64,000 nucleotides of DNA from positions 800,001-864,000 of the forward strand of contig OZ220480.1 of NCBI GenBank assembly GCA_965116025.1, written 5' to 3'. Made by a program: the position numbers and the translations under genes. The notes beneath the pieces are model-generated. The model was not told where the DNA came from and searched no databases. It saw only the letters and a program-made list of their open reading frames with translations. This DNA is from an uncultured candidatus Porisulfidus sp. GTDB lineage: Bacteria > Pseudomonadota > Gammaproteobacteria > Poriferisulfidales > Poriferisulfidaceae. This document shows, one piece after another, positions 50,663-59,929 of this stretch. How positions within the stretch are numbered: position 1 is the stretch's first letter; every line of letters begins with the position of its first letter.

Positions 50663-52375
50663 ATGATCACGCAAGTCACCATAGAAAACTTCAAGCGCTT
50701 TGAGCATCAGAAATTCCTGCTCGAACCCGTGACGGTGCTGGCTGGGCAAAACAATTCAGGCAAGACGACGCTCATTCAGGCGCTTTCCTCGTGGGCCTTT
50801 GCCCTAGATCGCTGGCGCTTCGGTCGAGGCGCGCCAATCATTCGCGGCGATGCCCGCGCGAGCTACCGGCCCGGACAGCCAATCACTCGCAAAGACTTTA
50901 CGCCGCTACCGCTCAGCCATTTCAACCTGCTATGGAACGAACGGACGACCAGCTGGCGTAACAAGGATCGACATGGAGGAAGCGAAAGAAAAGCCGGTCG
51001 CCCCCGTCCAATCCATATTCGGGTCGAAGGACAGTCGGATAAGAACGTGTCTTGGGGGCTCACCATCGAGTTCCGCTATCAGGGACCGGAGCAGATTTAC
51101 GCCAATCCGCTTGATTACAACGATTTGGAGGATGACTCCGTTTTGCCCGGCGTTATGCATTGTCCCGCTTTTTCCGGCATCGGCGCGGAGGAGCCTCGCT
51201 TCGACCCAGGATATCGGAATCTGCGCATCGGAGAGGGTAAGCCCGGTGATGTTCTGCGCAACCTGCTTCTCGATATCGCCGAGAACGAAGATGCTTGGAA
51301 CGCGCTGACGGAGGATATAGAAAAGCTGTTCGAAATTCAGTTGAAAAAACCTGCATACGACTCGGCCCAGCCATTCATTCTTTGTGAATATAAAGAGCGA
51401 GGCGCTTCTTATGATCTCGCCTCGGCCGGAAGTGGATTCCACCAGACGTTGCTCCTGTTCGCCTTCATCTACGGTCGCGAGAGTGAGGTTTTGCTGGTGG
51501 ACGAGCCGGATGCCCATCTCCATGTCTGGCTCCAAACGCGGGTATTCGACCGCTTGCGCGCGCTTGCCATGGATCGTGGCCGGCAACTAATTCTCGCCAC
51601 GCATGCGGAAACCATCCTAGAAGCGGCGAACCCCAATCAAATCTTGTCTTTCGCGGGTTCGCCGCACATCTTGGCCCATCAGCAAGATCGCAAGGCTCTT
51701 AGAACGGTTATTCGGAACGTTTCGCCGCTTGATCTGCTATTGGCTGAGCAGGGGCGCGCCGTCCTCTATTGCGAGGATATGTCGGATTGGCGCATCCTCG
51801 AAGCATGGGCGAAGCGACTGAACCATCCTGCGGAGAAATTCTTTGAAAATCCATTCGTCCACACGCTTCAGGGCCATCGTCCGAGCGACGCTCGACACCA
51901 TCTATTCGGCCTACGCGCCATTGATGAAGACGTGCGCGGACTCCTGTTGCTCGATCGAGACAATCGCGACGTAGATGAGCATGATTTTCGTGCTGAAAAT
52001 CTCGATTTCCATCGTTGGAAGCGATACGAAATCGAGAACTATCTTCTTGTGCCATCAGCCATTGAACGCCTGCTTGGGTCGAATGATCTCTTCAACCAAC
52101 CCTTAGTTCGCGAAGCCTTCAACGCTGAATTACCGAGTTCCGTCATCACTGATCCACTTCGCGATATAGAAGCCGTAGTCCGGATTCCAGCGTCCAAAAC
52201 CATTCTCCCAAATATATTTGGCCACCCAAATGCGATGCGATTGTTCAAGGCCGATTACTATCGCATAGCGGAGGTGATGGAACCAGAAGAGATCCATCAC
52301 GAAGTGACCGAGGTGCTCGATAAGATCGCCACCCTTCCGGCTAGCTCGCGCCCTGTTTTTGATCAAAGAGGATGA
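50663..52375 (+). CDS. ABC-type ATPase fused to a TOPRIM-like domain (OLD/AriAB-like)
   Basis: Walker A GQNNSGKT, signature AGSGFHQ, Walker B LLVDEPDAHLH, ATH, CEDMSD, DRD and RYEIENY. Confidence 0.85.
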   Translation: MITQVTIENFKRFEHQKFLLEPVTVLAGQNNSGKTTLIQALSSWAFALDRWRFGRGAPIIRGDARASYRPGQPITRKDFTPLPLSHFNLLWNERTTSWRNKDRHGGSERKAGRPRPIHIRVEGQSDKNVSWGLTIEFRYQGPEQIYANPLDYNDLEDDSVLPGVMHCPAFSGIGAEEPRFDPGYRNLRIGEGKPGDVLRNLLLDIAENEDAWNALTEDIEKLFEIQLKKPAYDSAQPFILCEYKERGASYDLASAGSGFHQTLLLFAFIYGRESEVLLVDEPDAHLHVWLQTRVFDRLRALAMDRGRQLILATHAETILEAANPNQILSFAGSPHILAHQQDRKALRTVIRNVSPLDLLLAEQGRAVLYCEDMSDWRILEAWAKRLNHPAEKFFENPFVHTLQGHRPSDARHHLFGLRAIDEDVRGLLLLDRDNRDVDEHDFRAENLDFHRWKRYEIENYLLVPSAIERLLGSNDLFNQPLVREAFNAELPSSVITDPLRDIEAVVRIPASKTILPNIFGHPNAMRLFKADYYRIAEVMEPEEIHHEVTEVLDKIATLPASSRPVFDQRG

Positions 52376-52514
52376 GCGTTATTTCGCGGGCGAGCGCGCG
52401 GCCTGCCAGAACTCCGAGAGAGCGGAGCGTGAATGAATCCACTCAAGCGTGGTCGCGATTCGCCCGATCAGGCTGGTGGGCGGGAGGCTTCGGGCGCTAT
52501 ACTGAAATCCGCTC

Positions 52515-52589
52515 GCTCCCTTCGTCTAGCGGTCAGGACATCGCCCTCTCAAGGCGGGAACAGGGGTTCGATTCCCCTAGGGAGCGCCA
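52515..52589 (+). tRNA. tRNA-Glu (anticodon CTC)
   Basis: Acceptor GCTCCCT/AGGGAGC + G-CCA; anticodon arm tcgcc-ctCTCaa-ggcgg; T arm agggg-ttcgatt-cccct. Confidence 0.96.
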
Positions 52590-52655
52590 AAACCTCGCCA
52601 ATCTCCGCGTCCACGGGATGAATGGCATGGGCCTTTCCGACGAGGAATCGTCCCG

Positions 52656-53411
52656 GTGAGCCGTCCAGCGAGCGAGATTCCGCGCGTCGCCGCCGTGCCG
52701 GACGTGGCTCCGGCCAGCGTATTTGGCCGGCATCGGGATGTTGACGCGCCGGATATCGCGTTGCCGAGAGGCTTTCGCCTGAACGCCCGGCTGAAAATGG
52801 ACGGACTGAAGTTCCTGTCCAACCTCCCCTCCGACAGTTTCCCAGTCGCGTTTCTCGATCCGCAATATCGGGGCGTGCTGGACAAGCTCGGCTACGGAAA
52901 CGAGGGGAAAGAGCGAGGCCGGGCCCGGTGCGCTCTGGAGCAAATGGACGAGAAGACGATCCGCGCGTTCGTCCAGGGCGTGTCGGAAGCGTTGATGCCC
53001 AGCGGCCATCTGTTCCTGTGGGTGGACAAATTCCACCTCTGCACGGGCTTCGCGAATTGGCTGGATGGCACGCGGCTGAGCGTCGTGGACATGCTCACTT
53101 GGTACAAGAAGCGGATCGGCATGGGCTACCGGACACGCCGCGCCAGCGAGCATGTGGTGATTCTGCAGAAGAAGCCGTGCAGGGCGAAAGGGATTTGGAT
53201 GGTCCATACCATCCCGGACGTTTGGCCGGAAGAGGTCAAGCGTGACGGCGGACACGCGCATAGGAAGCCGATAAAGTTGCAAAGCGAATTAATCGCAGCC
53301 GTCTCGAACGCCGGCGACATCGTGATTGATCCGGCGGCAGGAAGCTTCTCCGTGCTGGAAGCATGCAAGTCGCGAGAACGGAATTTTTTGGGTTGCGACC
53401 TGAATGGCTGA
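52656..53411 (+). CDS. Orphan site-specific N4/N6 DNA methyltransferase
   Basis: FLDPQY, HRKP..LQ and VIDPAAGSFS motifs; start uncertain. Confidence 0.85.
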   Translation: MSRPASEIPRVAAVPDVAPASVFGRHRDVDAPDIALPRGFRLNARLKMDGLKFLSNLPSDSFPVAFLDPQYRGVLDKLGYGNEGKERGRARCALEQMDEKTIRAFVQGVSEALMPSGHLFLWVDKFHLCTGFANWLDGTRLSVVDMLTWYKKRIGMGYRTRRASEHVVILQKKPCRAKGIWMVHTIPDVWPEEVKRDGGHAHRKPIKLQSELIAAVSNAGDIVIDPAAGSFSVLEACKSRERNFLGCDLNG

Positions 53412-53719
53412 TAAACGGAAGCTGGGCCACGCGGAATCGTCAAAATCTTTGATACCAAACCATGAGGCGCGATAGCCTAGTCGGCATGGGCGATGCCGCT
53501 ACGGTCGAGGGCCCCGTGCCTCTACCGCCACTCAGTGCTGTTGGATCCTCTCGTCCAGCATATGGACCGAGCGCAAAGAACTTTTCTTGAGCCTCTTGAC
53601 GCACTGAATTTTCCATGCATGATAGAGACCATATTACGCACACGCGCCAAAAAAGCTATGTTGGCGAGATCTACAACGACATCAAGTCGTTTGAACTTGA
53701 AAACTAGGAGAACCAAACT

Positions 53720-53968
53720 ATGAATGGTAGAACGGAAATTTATGTGAGCGGCCGAGAACACAAAGTGTCAGGTGATCATGTAACCTACAAGCAGATTGTG
53801 AAAATCTGGAATGATCTGCATCGGACGGAGAACAAACATATCATCGGTACTCCTGGCATAGATTACGAAAATGACGCTAAAGATGAGGACGGAGTTCTCT
53901 TACCAGGCAAGGATGTCAGAGTCAAGGACGGCACGAGTTTCTCAGTCGACCCCGAGCATGTCTCATAA
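53720..53968 (+). CDS. Multi-ubiquitin-type beta-grasp (ubiquitin-like) protein, single domain
   Basis: EIYVSGREHKV..DHVTYKQIV...GVLLPGKDVRVKDGTSFSV; RBS aggag. Confidence 0.75.
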   Translation: MNGRTEIYVSGREHKVSGDHVTYKQIVKIWNDLHRTENKHIIGTPGIDYENDAKDEDGVLLPGKDVRVKDGTSFSVDPEHVS

Positions 53969-55157
53969 AAACCGCCTCATAGCATTCGGTAATCAGGCAG
54001 GGTTTAGAGTTGAGGACAAATGTGACTCTGTTCGGGCCATCGGGGTTCGTTGCCTTCTTGTCGGAGGTGCTGTTGGAACCTGCAGTATTGAGAAGTCTTG
54101 CGACCAGACGAGTAGGAAACCGAATTCTAGGATAGGTGACGATGTCCATGTGGTAAAGATCACCATTGACAAAGAAAGCGATGGGCTCGTATACCAAGCG
54201 GATGGAACTCCTATTGGGAGTCGCATTAATACAGATGGAAAGACTTGGTCAAACATTTCTGTCAAGAAAGGAGATCCAGATAATCCAGAGGAAGACAAGT
54301 CGGTCTATGATTTGATCCATCGTTATGCGAGACAGATCATCGGCGCGGTTTTTGCGGCTGAGGACACGGACGCTGTGTTGCCCACAGTACCGGGCCCATT
54401 CGAGATACCCAATACTTTTGAGCAACGAGCTGCAGTGGGTCCGATGCATGATCGGGTCCGCGAGCAGCGTGTCGCGATCATTGGTTTGGGTGGAACTGGT
54501 GCATATGTTCTTGACCTCATCGCGAAGATACCTGTGAGGGAAATTCACATTTTGGATCCCGACCATGTTGAATGGCACAATCTCATGCGGGCTCCCGGCG
54601 CACCTGTTGCTGATGAGATCAAGTCGTTGCACAAGGAATGTCCGTTGCCGAAGGTTGATTACTACCATGCCAAGTATGCTGCCTTTCGGAGGGATATTCA
54701 TCCGCATGCTGTTCAAGTAGACAGCACCGCGATGTTCGATGAATTCCTGTCAAAGCATCCTTTGGACTATGCGTTTGTTTGCGTGGATCAAAAGATTGAG
54801 GGGGACTCGTCACGCCAAGATGTTGTTTATCACTCTCTATCTAAAGGAGGCATTCCGTTCATAGATTCGGGCGTAAGTGTCACGTTAGAAGACCATGCCG
54901 TTAGAGGTGCTGTGACGATAAGCGCTCATGATGCGGGTTCCATGGAGTGGAAGAATGTCATTCCAGACGCGAGAGTCGAGGGTGGTGTTCCAGGCTATCG
55001 CAACGTTCAACTGCCGGAAGTGAACGCGCTAGCGGCAACACTCGCAGTGATAGAGTGGCGGCGGCGCACAAAACAGTTTGTTAATGAATCGACTACGATC
55101 CTCCATAAATGTCGGCTCGAAAAACCGAAATTTTTTGAACCTCCTAACACGCAATAG
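53958..55157 (+). CDS. ThiF/E1-like adenylyltransferase with an N-terminal extension (degenerate E2-like?)
   Basis: VAIIGLGGTGAYVLD, D.D.VEWHNLMRAPG, FVCVD, IPFIDSG and YRNVQLPEVNALAA; start overlaps the Ubl gene. Confidence 0.88.
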   Translation: MSHKNRLIAFGNQAGFRVEDKCDSVRAIGVRCLLVGGAVGTCSIEKSCDQTSRKPNSRIGDDVHVVKITIDKESDGLVYQADGTPIGSRINTDGKTWSNISVKKGDPDNPEEDKSVYDLIHRYARQIIGAVFAAEDTDAVLPTVPGPFEIPNTFEQRAAVGPMHDRVREQRVAIIGLGGTGAYVLDLIAKIPVREIHILDPDHVEWHNLMRAPGAPVADEIKSLHKECPLPKVDYYHAKYAAFRRDIHPHAVQVDSTAMFDEFLSKHPLDYAFVCVDQKIEGDSSRQDVVYHSLSKGGIPFIDSGVSVTLEDHAVRGAVTISAHDAGSMEWKNVIPDARVEGGVPGYRNVQLPEVNALAATLAVIEWRRRTKQFVNESTTILHKCRLEKPKFFEPPNTQ

Positions 55158-55580
55158 ATGGTCATGAAAATCCGGCCCATCTTCGTCGAGGTACTTCCCG
55201 ATTTCCCTGCAATCAAAGCCGGTGAGCTTTGGATCAGCCATAAGCACCGGACTGCCAACCTCAGATGCCCCTGTGGTTGTGGTGATTTGACGGTGCTATC
55301 CCTTCACCCTAGTCGTTGGCACGTCCATTTCGATGGGAAGTCCGTTTCCTTGGATGGTCCTACGGGTGGTTCGGTGTGGGCTAATTCCGGATGTGGTAGT
55401 CATTACGTCATACGGAGTAACAAAGTGATTTTTTTGGATAAGATTGATCCGAGTCGGCACCCAGAGTATGTGGAGACTGAAAGGGTTCGCCTGTTTGAAG
55501 CCAAAACAAGCCGTGAGATTTTTCCTTCAAGAATCAGGCACGTATGGCACGGTTTGTTATCACGAATCTGGTGTAAGTGA
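55158..55580 (+). CDS. DUF6527-like Cys/His protein
   Basis: GELWIS, CPCGCG, W and S.W...GCGSHY.I motifs; abuts the ThiF stop. Confidence 0.8.
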   Translation: MVMKIRPIFVEVLPDFPAIKAGELWISHKHRTANLRCPCGCGDLTVLSLHPSRWHVHFDGKSVSLDGPTGGSVWANSGCGSHYVIRSNKVIFLDKIDPSRHPEYVETERVRLFEAKTSREIFPSRIRHVWHGLLSRIWCK

Positions 55581-55668
55581 AGCTTGGTATTCTGATTTAT
55601 TCCAGTAGATTTTCATGTCCAATAATAGGATATTGGGGCTTGTTCCCGATTTCCGAACTACCAGAGTA

Positions 55669-56933
55669 CCCAGTTTCAACTTTCAAGTGCAACACCATTG
55701 TAACCCGGTGGAGAGCGGCAGGATGACGAAGAGGATCGGGGGAAGCCGGCGACAGTCGGCCGCGTTCCGTCCGGGGAAGGCCGGCCTTCCCCGGACGAAT
55801 CATCACCGCGCCAACCTGCCCCCTCGGATTTACAGAAGCCGAGACATCTCCTCTCGCCAGGCCCGAACCACCTCCGACTCCGCGCCGAAAAACGCCTCGT
55901 TCGGCGTGCGCCATCCCAAGCAGCGCCGAGGCCGGTTGTTCAGGCGGTCCTCCACCGCCCGCGCCTCCTCCTCCGAGATCGTGTCGAAGCGCCGCGACTT
56001 CGGGAAATACTGCCGGATCAGCCCGTTCGCGTTCTCATTGCTCCCGCGCTGCCAAGAGGAATACGGATCCGCGAAGTAAAACCTCGCTCCCAAGCGGCGC
56101 GCCACCCGCCGGTGATCCATGAACTCGGTTCCATTGTCCGAGGTCAAGGTCAGAACCCGGTCCTTCAACGGCGCCAGCATGCCGATGATCGCGTCCGCCA
56201 CCGCGCGCGCCGAGCGCCGGGGCAACCGCTTGAAGCGCACCAGCCGCGATTTGCGCTCGAGCAGCGACGCCAGAACCCCACTGCCCCGCCGTCCGATCAC
56301 CGTGTCCGCTTCCCAGTCTCCCAGCCGCGAGCGCGTCTCCACCACCTCCGGACGCTCCTGGATCGGCACTCGCCCCGGAATGCGCGACCGGCCCTTCCCG
56401 CGCCCATACCGCCGACGCCGGCGGTGGCCTTGCCGCAAATGCAGATACAGGTCGCCGCCCCCCCGCCGCCGATCCGCCCATACCCAGCGGTAGATGAGCT
56501 CGTGGCTCACCTTCGCCAAGCCCTCCTTGTCCAGCCACGCGCTGATTTGCTGCGGGCTCCAGCCCTGCTTCAGCAGCTTCTTGACCCGCCTCCACACCGC
56601 CGGCGAGACCCGCCGCCGAGCCCGCTTCTGGCGGCGCTCTTTCGCCTTTCGGCACGCCAGCTCGGCCCGGTATCGTCCGCTCCGAGCGTCGGCGTTCCGC
56701 TTCAGCTCGCGGCGCACCGTGCCGCGGTCGACGCCGATCCTTCGCGCCACCTCCGCCTGGCTCATGTCGAGGCCCCGCAGCGCCTCGATCTGGTAACGTT
56801 GGGTCTCGGTGAGTTGCGTGTAACTTCTCATAAGCGCCTCTCTCGGGGGCGGTTTTTGACAATGAGACCTTACCGCGACTCATCGCCTACACCGCCATTC
56901 TTCGGAGTGTTGCACTTGAAAGTTGAAACCGGG
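55669..56933 (-). mobile_element. IS30-family insertion sequence
   Basis: 27-bp inverted repeats cccagtttcaactttcaagtgcaacac / gtgttgcacttgaaagttgaaaccggg (one mismatch); no clear target duplication. Confidence 0.92.
55830..56831 (-). CDS. IS30 transposase (intact)
   Basis: YTQLTETQRYQI, WSPQQI, GDWEADTV, TSDNGTEF, WQRGSNENANGLIRQYFPK and LNNRPR. Confidence 0.96.
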   Translation of the reverse strand: MRSYTQLTETQRYQIEALRGLDMSQAEVARRIGVDRGTVRRELKRNADARSGRYRAELACRKAKERRQKRARRRVSPAVWRRVKKLLKQGWSPQQISAWLDKEGLAKVSHELIYRWVWADRRRGGGDLYLHLRQGHRRRRRYGRGKGRSRIPGRVPIQERPEVVETRSRLGDWEADTVIGRRGSGVLASLLERKSRLVRFKRLPRRSARAVADAIIGMLAPLKDRVLTLTSDNGTEFMDHRRVARRLGARFYFADPYSSWQRGSNENANGLIRQYFPKSRRFDTISEEEARAVEDRLNNRPRRCLGWRTPNEAFFGAESEVVRAWREEMSRLL

Positions 56934-57615
56934 GTGGCATTGTGGGGTTTGATGCCAAAACAGCAAAAGCCTGCCAATGACCAGTTTGGCAGCACGATTA
57001 ATCTAGTCTCATAAGTGGACAGATGGATACTCGTAGGTTGCTTTTGCTTCCCAACCATGCTGGTACACTCGGAGGCAACAATATTTGCATCAGCTTGCTC
57101 TTGCTACAGCTTCTCCTGCTTCTCCGGCGGTGGGCTTCAGGTATTCTTAGCCGCGTCTCGAAACTCCAAGTTCGGGTTTTGGCAGGATCATGATTCCACC
57201 GATACCCACGGTATTGTGAAGGAACCGGCTGTTCTCAGTCATTCGGAACAACTCGACTATGCTTGATTTGGGGTGGCTCCGTGGTCACTCCGTACAGCCG
57301 AAGGCTGAACCACTTCACGCTTGCAGGGTAAGGGATAGGTCTGCTCGCTACACGGGTGTTCTTCAGCGTGGTCGCCAACACGCCCAGGTCGCGGCGCGAA
57401 TAATCCTGGCCGCCCCACACGAGCCGGGAGTTATTCCAAAGCCGCGCATCTGTGGCGTTCCGCCGTAGACGCTCACAGGCCACCGACAGAGTCCGTTGAG
57501 GCGGGTCGGCGGTGGAACGCTGCTGGGCGGCAGTGGGAGGGCGTGGTGGTAGTCACGCGCGCGTGTTCCGGAAAGCGGACAAATGGCGTGTGGTGCCTCC
57601 TCGTATAATGCGGGA

Positions 57616-58251
57616 ATGGACGGGGAAGTCAGCGGGTGGATCTATTGGGCTAGGGAGGCGTTCCTAGTATTTGGGGTATTTATGATTTTAGTTGGGGCTT
57701 ATGCGTTGTTGTGGAAAGGGTTGGCAAAGTTGTTTGATATGGCGGGCATAGACGGGAAGGGGATCAACGCAGTGCTGAAGGTGACGCGAGGGAAATTGAT
57801 TACGGGCGGAGTGATCGTTGGGTTGCTATTGTTGGCTGAGTGGGTGGGCTGGCACGAGACTCAGACCGCCATGGGTGTGTCTGCCACCGCCATGGGTATG
57901 TTTGCCATGGCTATGCTTGCGTGGTTTGGCACTGCGGTCTTTGGCACGAACATCATGCTTAGAAAGTTGTGGGGTAGAGTCAAGGTGGGCATTGGTCGGA
58001 TTAATGATCGGTTATGGATAGCAGGGGCGTTGTTACTTGCGGTGCCCGTGGTTTATATAGCCGAAGAAAGTCTGCCGTCTGGGGGCGCGAAAGGACGTGA
58101 TCCCTTTTACTCGTTAGGCCGCGAAGAGGCTCGTTGTGGCCGGCCAGCACACTTGGCCGAGCGAATTATGGGGTATAGGAAAGCCGGAGGCATGACTAAA
58201 TCTGAGGCGAAGAAGTACGCCAAAGGCTGGAAAGACAAGTGCGCGAAGTAG
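57616..58251 (+). CDS. Hypothetical membrane protein
   Basis: About 4 TM segments; TATAAT 6 nt before ATG 57616; internal 21-bp tandem duplication at 57865-57906. Confidence 0.6.
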   Translation: MDGEVSGWIYWAREAFLVFGVFMILVGAYALLWKGLAKLFDMAGIDGKGINAVLKVTRGKLITGGVIVGLLLLAEWVGWHETQTAMGVSATAMGMFAMAMLAWFGTAVFGTNIMLRKLWGRVKVGIGRINDRLWIAGALLLAVPVVYIAEESLPSGGAKGRDPFYSLGREEARCGRPAHLAERIMGYRKAGGMTKSEAKKYAKGWKDKCAK

Positions 58252-58332
58252 GCGAATAGCCGCGTTCCCCGTTCGGTGGGATTTCCCTAATCGGTGGAAT
58301 GGGCCGGGTCCCAGCGGTGTCCATAGAAAGAG

Positions 58333-58351
58333 CCCCCCCCCCCCCCCCCCC
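58333..58351. repeat. C19 homopolymer at the island/core boundary
   Basis: 19 consecutive C. Confidence 0.9.
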
Positions 58352-58554
58352 GTTGGGGCAAACGCGGTGGGCTGAACAAAAATTTAAGGTCGGGGGCGGA
58401 CGGGACGTACAAGCCGAAGCTTGAGATGGCTCACGACTTCGGGAAGCTGGAACTCTGTTTGTGGCCTTCTCCGATTTGGCGAAATCCTCGCTCTATGGCA
58501 TATTACGCGCCTAGCGGGTTGGCGACGGGTGCTTTCGGGCCGCCTGCCCCTACG

Positions 58555-58574
58555 ACCGCTCCGGCGGTTTTTTT
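58555..58574 (+). terminator. Small hairpin plus T-tract upstream of sga
   Basis: accgc-tccg-gcggt followed by tttttt. Confidence 0.4.
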
Positions 58575-58638
58575 ATGATGGCGCGGGGCCAGGGCGGCCG
58601 CGCGCGCGGCTTCATTCACCAACGAAAAGGATTTCCTT

Positions 58639-59919
58639 ATGCCCGCTGAAAAACTTGTCTTCCCTGGCCGAAACTATCTCTACGCGCCGGGCCCCACGCA
58701 CATTCCGGTCGCGGTCCAGAACGCCATGATCGTTCCGATGGAGGACCATCGGGCCCCCGACTTCCCCAAACTGGTCAAGCCCCTTCTGCGCGACCTGAAC
58801 AAGATCTTCAAGACCCGCTCCGGCAAGAGCTTCATCTTTCCCGCCACCGGCACCGCCGGCTGGGAGGTCGCGCTGACCAACACCTTGTCGCCAGGCGATC
58901 GCGTCCTGACCGCCCGGTTCGGGCAGTTCTCTCATTTATGGGCGGACTTGGCCGCGCGCATGGGGCTGGATGTCGAGCTGGTGCAGGTTCCTTGGGGCGA
59001 GGGCGTGCCGCTCAAGGAGTTCGAGCGCATCCTGAAGAACGACAAGGAGCATTCGATCAAGGCGGTTCTGGCCTGCCACAACGAGACCGCGACGGGGGTC
59101 ACCAGCGACATCGCGGGCTTGCGCAAGGTCTTGGACCGGGCCAAGCATCCGGCGATGCTGATGGTCGACGGCGTCAGCTCCATCGCCAGCATCGATTTCC
59201 GCATGGACGACTGGAAAGTCGACGTGGCGGTGTCCGGCTCGCAGAAGGGCTTCATGCTGCCGGCCGGCATGGCGCTGGTTTGTTTCTCGCGTCGCGCTCT
59301 GGCGGCGGCCAAGAAGGCCGGGTGCAAGCGTTGCTTCCTGGATATCGCCGACCACATCGCGACCAACAAGGACGGCTTTTTCCCGTACACCCCCTCGGCG
59401 CCGATGCTGCGCGGCCTGCGCGCCTCGCTCGACCTGTTGCTCGGAGAGGGACTGGAGAACGTGTTCAAGCGTCACCATCGGCTCGCCGAGGGCGTGCGTC
59501 AGGCGATTTCCGGGTGGAAGCTGGATCTATGCGCGACCCATCCGAAATGGTACTCCGACACGGTGTCCGCCATCAAGGTGCCAAAGAACGTGAACGCGGC
59601 CGAGGTCATTCATATCGCTTATCATCGCTACAACGTCTCGCTGGGCGCCGGCCTGTCCGAGGTGGCGGGCAAGGTGTTCCGCATCGGCCATCTGGGCGAC
59701 AACAACGAGGTCCGCATGATGGCGGCTCTCGGCGGCGTGGAGATGGCGATGCGCGACGCCGGCATGAAGGTCCGTCCAGGCTCGGGCGTGGCGAAGGCGG
59801 TCGAGTACTATTGCGACACCGCGGCCGGCAAGAAGAAGATTCCCGCGTTCGGCTCGGGCAAGGGCTCGCGCGACACGGTGGCCAAGAAGAAATCCGCTCC
59901 GAAGCGCGCGAGGAAGTGA
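58639..59919 (+). CDS. sgaA: Serine-glyoxylate aminotransferase (class V PLP enzyme)
   Basis: PGPT, EDHRAPDFP, HNETATGV, DGVSS, GSQKGFMLP and FRIGHLG motifs. Confidence 0.9.
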   Translation: MPAEKLVFPGRNYLYAPGPTHIPVAVQNAMIVPMEDHRAPDFPKLVKPLLRDLNKIFKTRSGKSFIFPATGTAGWEVALTNTLSPGDRVLTARFGQFSHLWADLAARMGLDVELVQVPWGEGVPLKEFERILKNDKEHSIKAVLACHNETATGVTSDIAGLRKVLDRAKHPAMLMVDGVSSIASIDFRMDDWKVDVAVSGSQKGFMLPAGMALVCFSRRALAAAKKAGCKRCFLDIADHIATNKDGFFPYTPSAPMLRGLRASLDLLLGEGLENVFKRHHRLAEGVRQAISGWKLDLCATHPKWYSDTVSAIKVPKNVNAAEVIHIAYHRYNVSLGAGLSEVAGKVFRIGHLGDNNEVRMMAALGGVEMAMRDAGMKVRPGSGVAKAVEYYCDTAAGKKKIPAFGSGKGSRDTVAKKKSAPKRARK

Positions 59920-59929
59920 GGCGCTCGCC

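Noticed and set aside
46015-52375. Gabija system (UvrD-like helicase plus ATPase-TOPRIM)
   Set aside because: The genes are divergent and separated, and the helicase has HelD-like architecture rather than compact GajB.
52560-58400. attL/attR duplication of the tRNA 3' end bounding a prophage
   Set aside because: No second copy of the tRNA 3' end and no integrase were found by eye.
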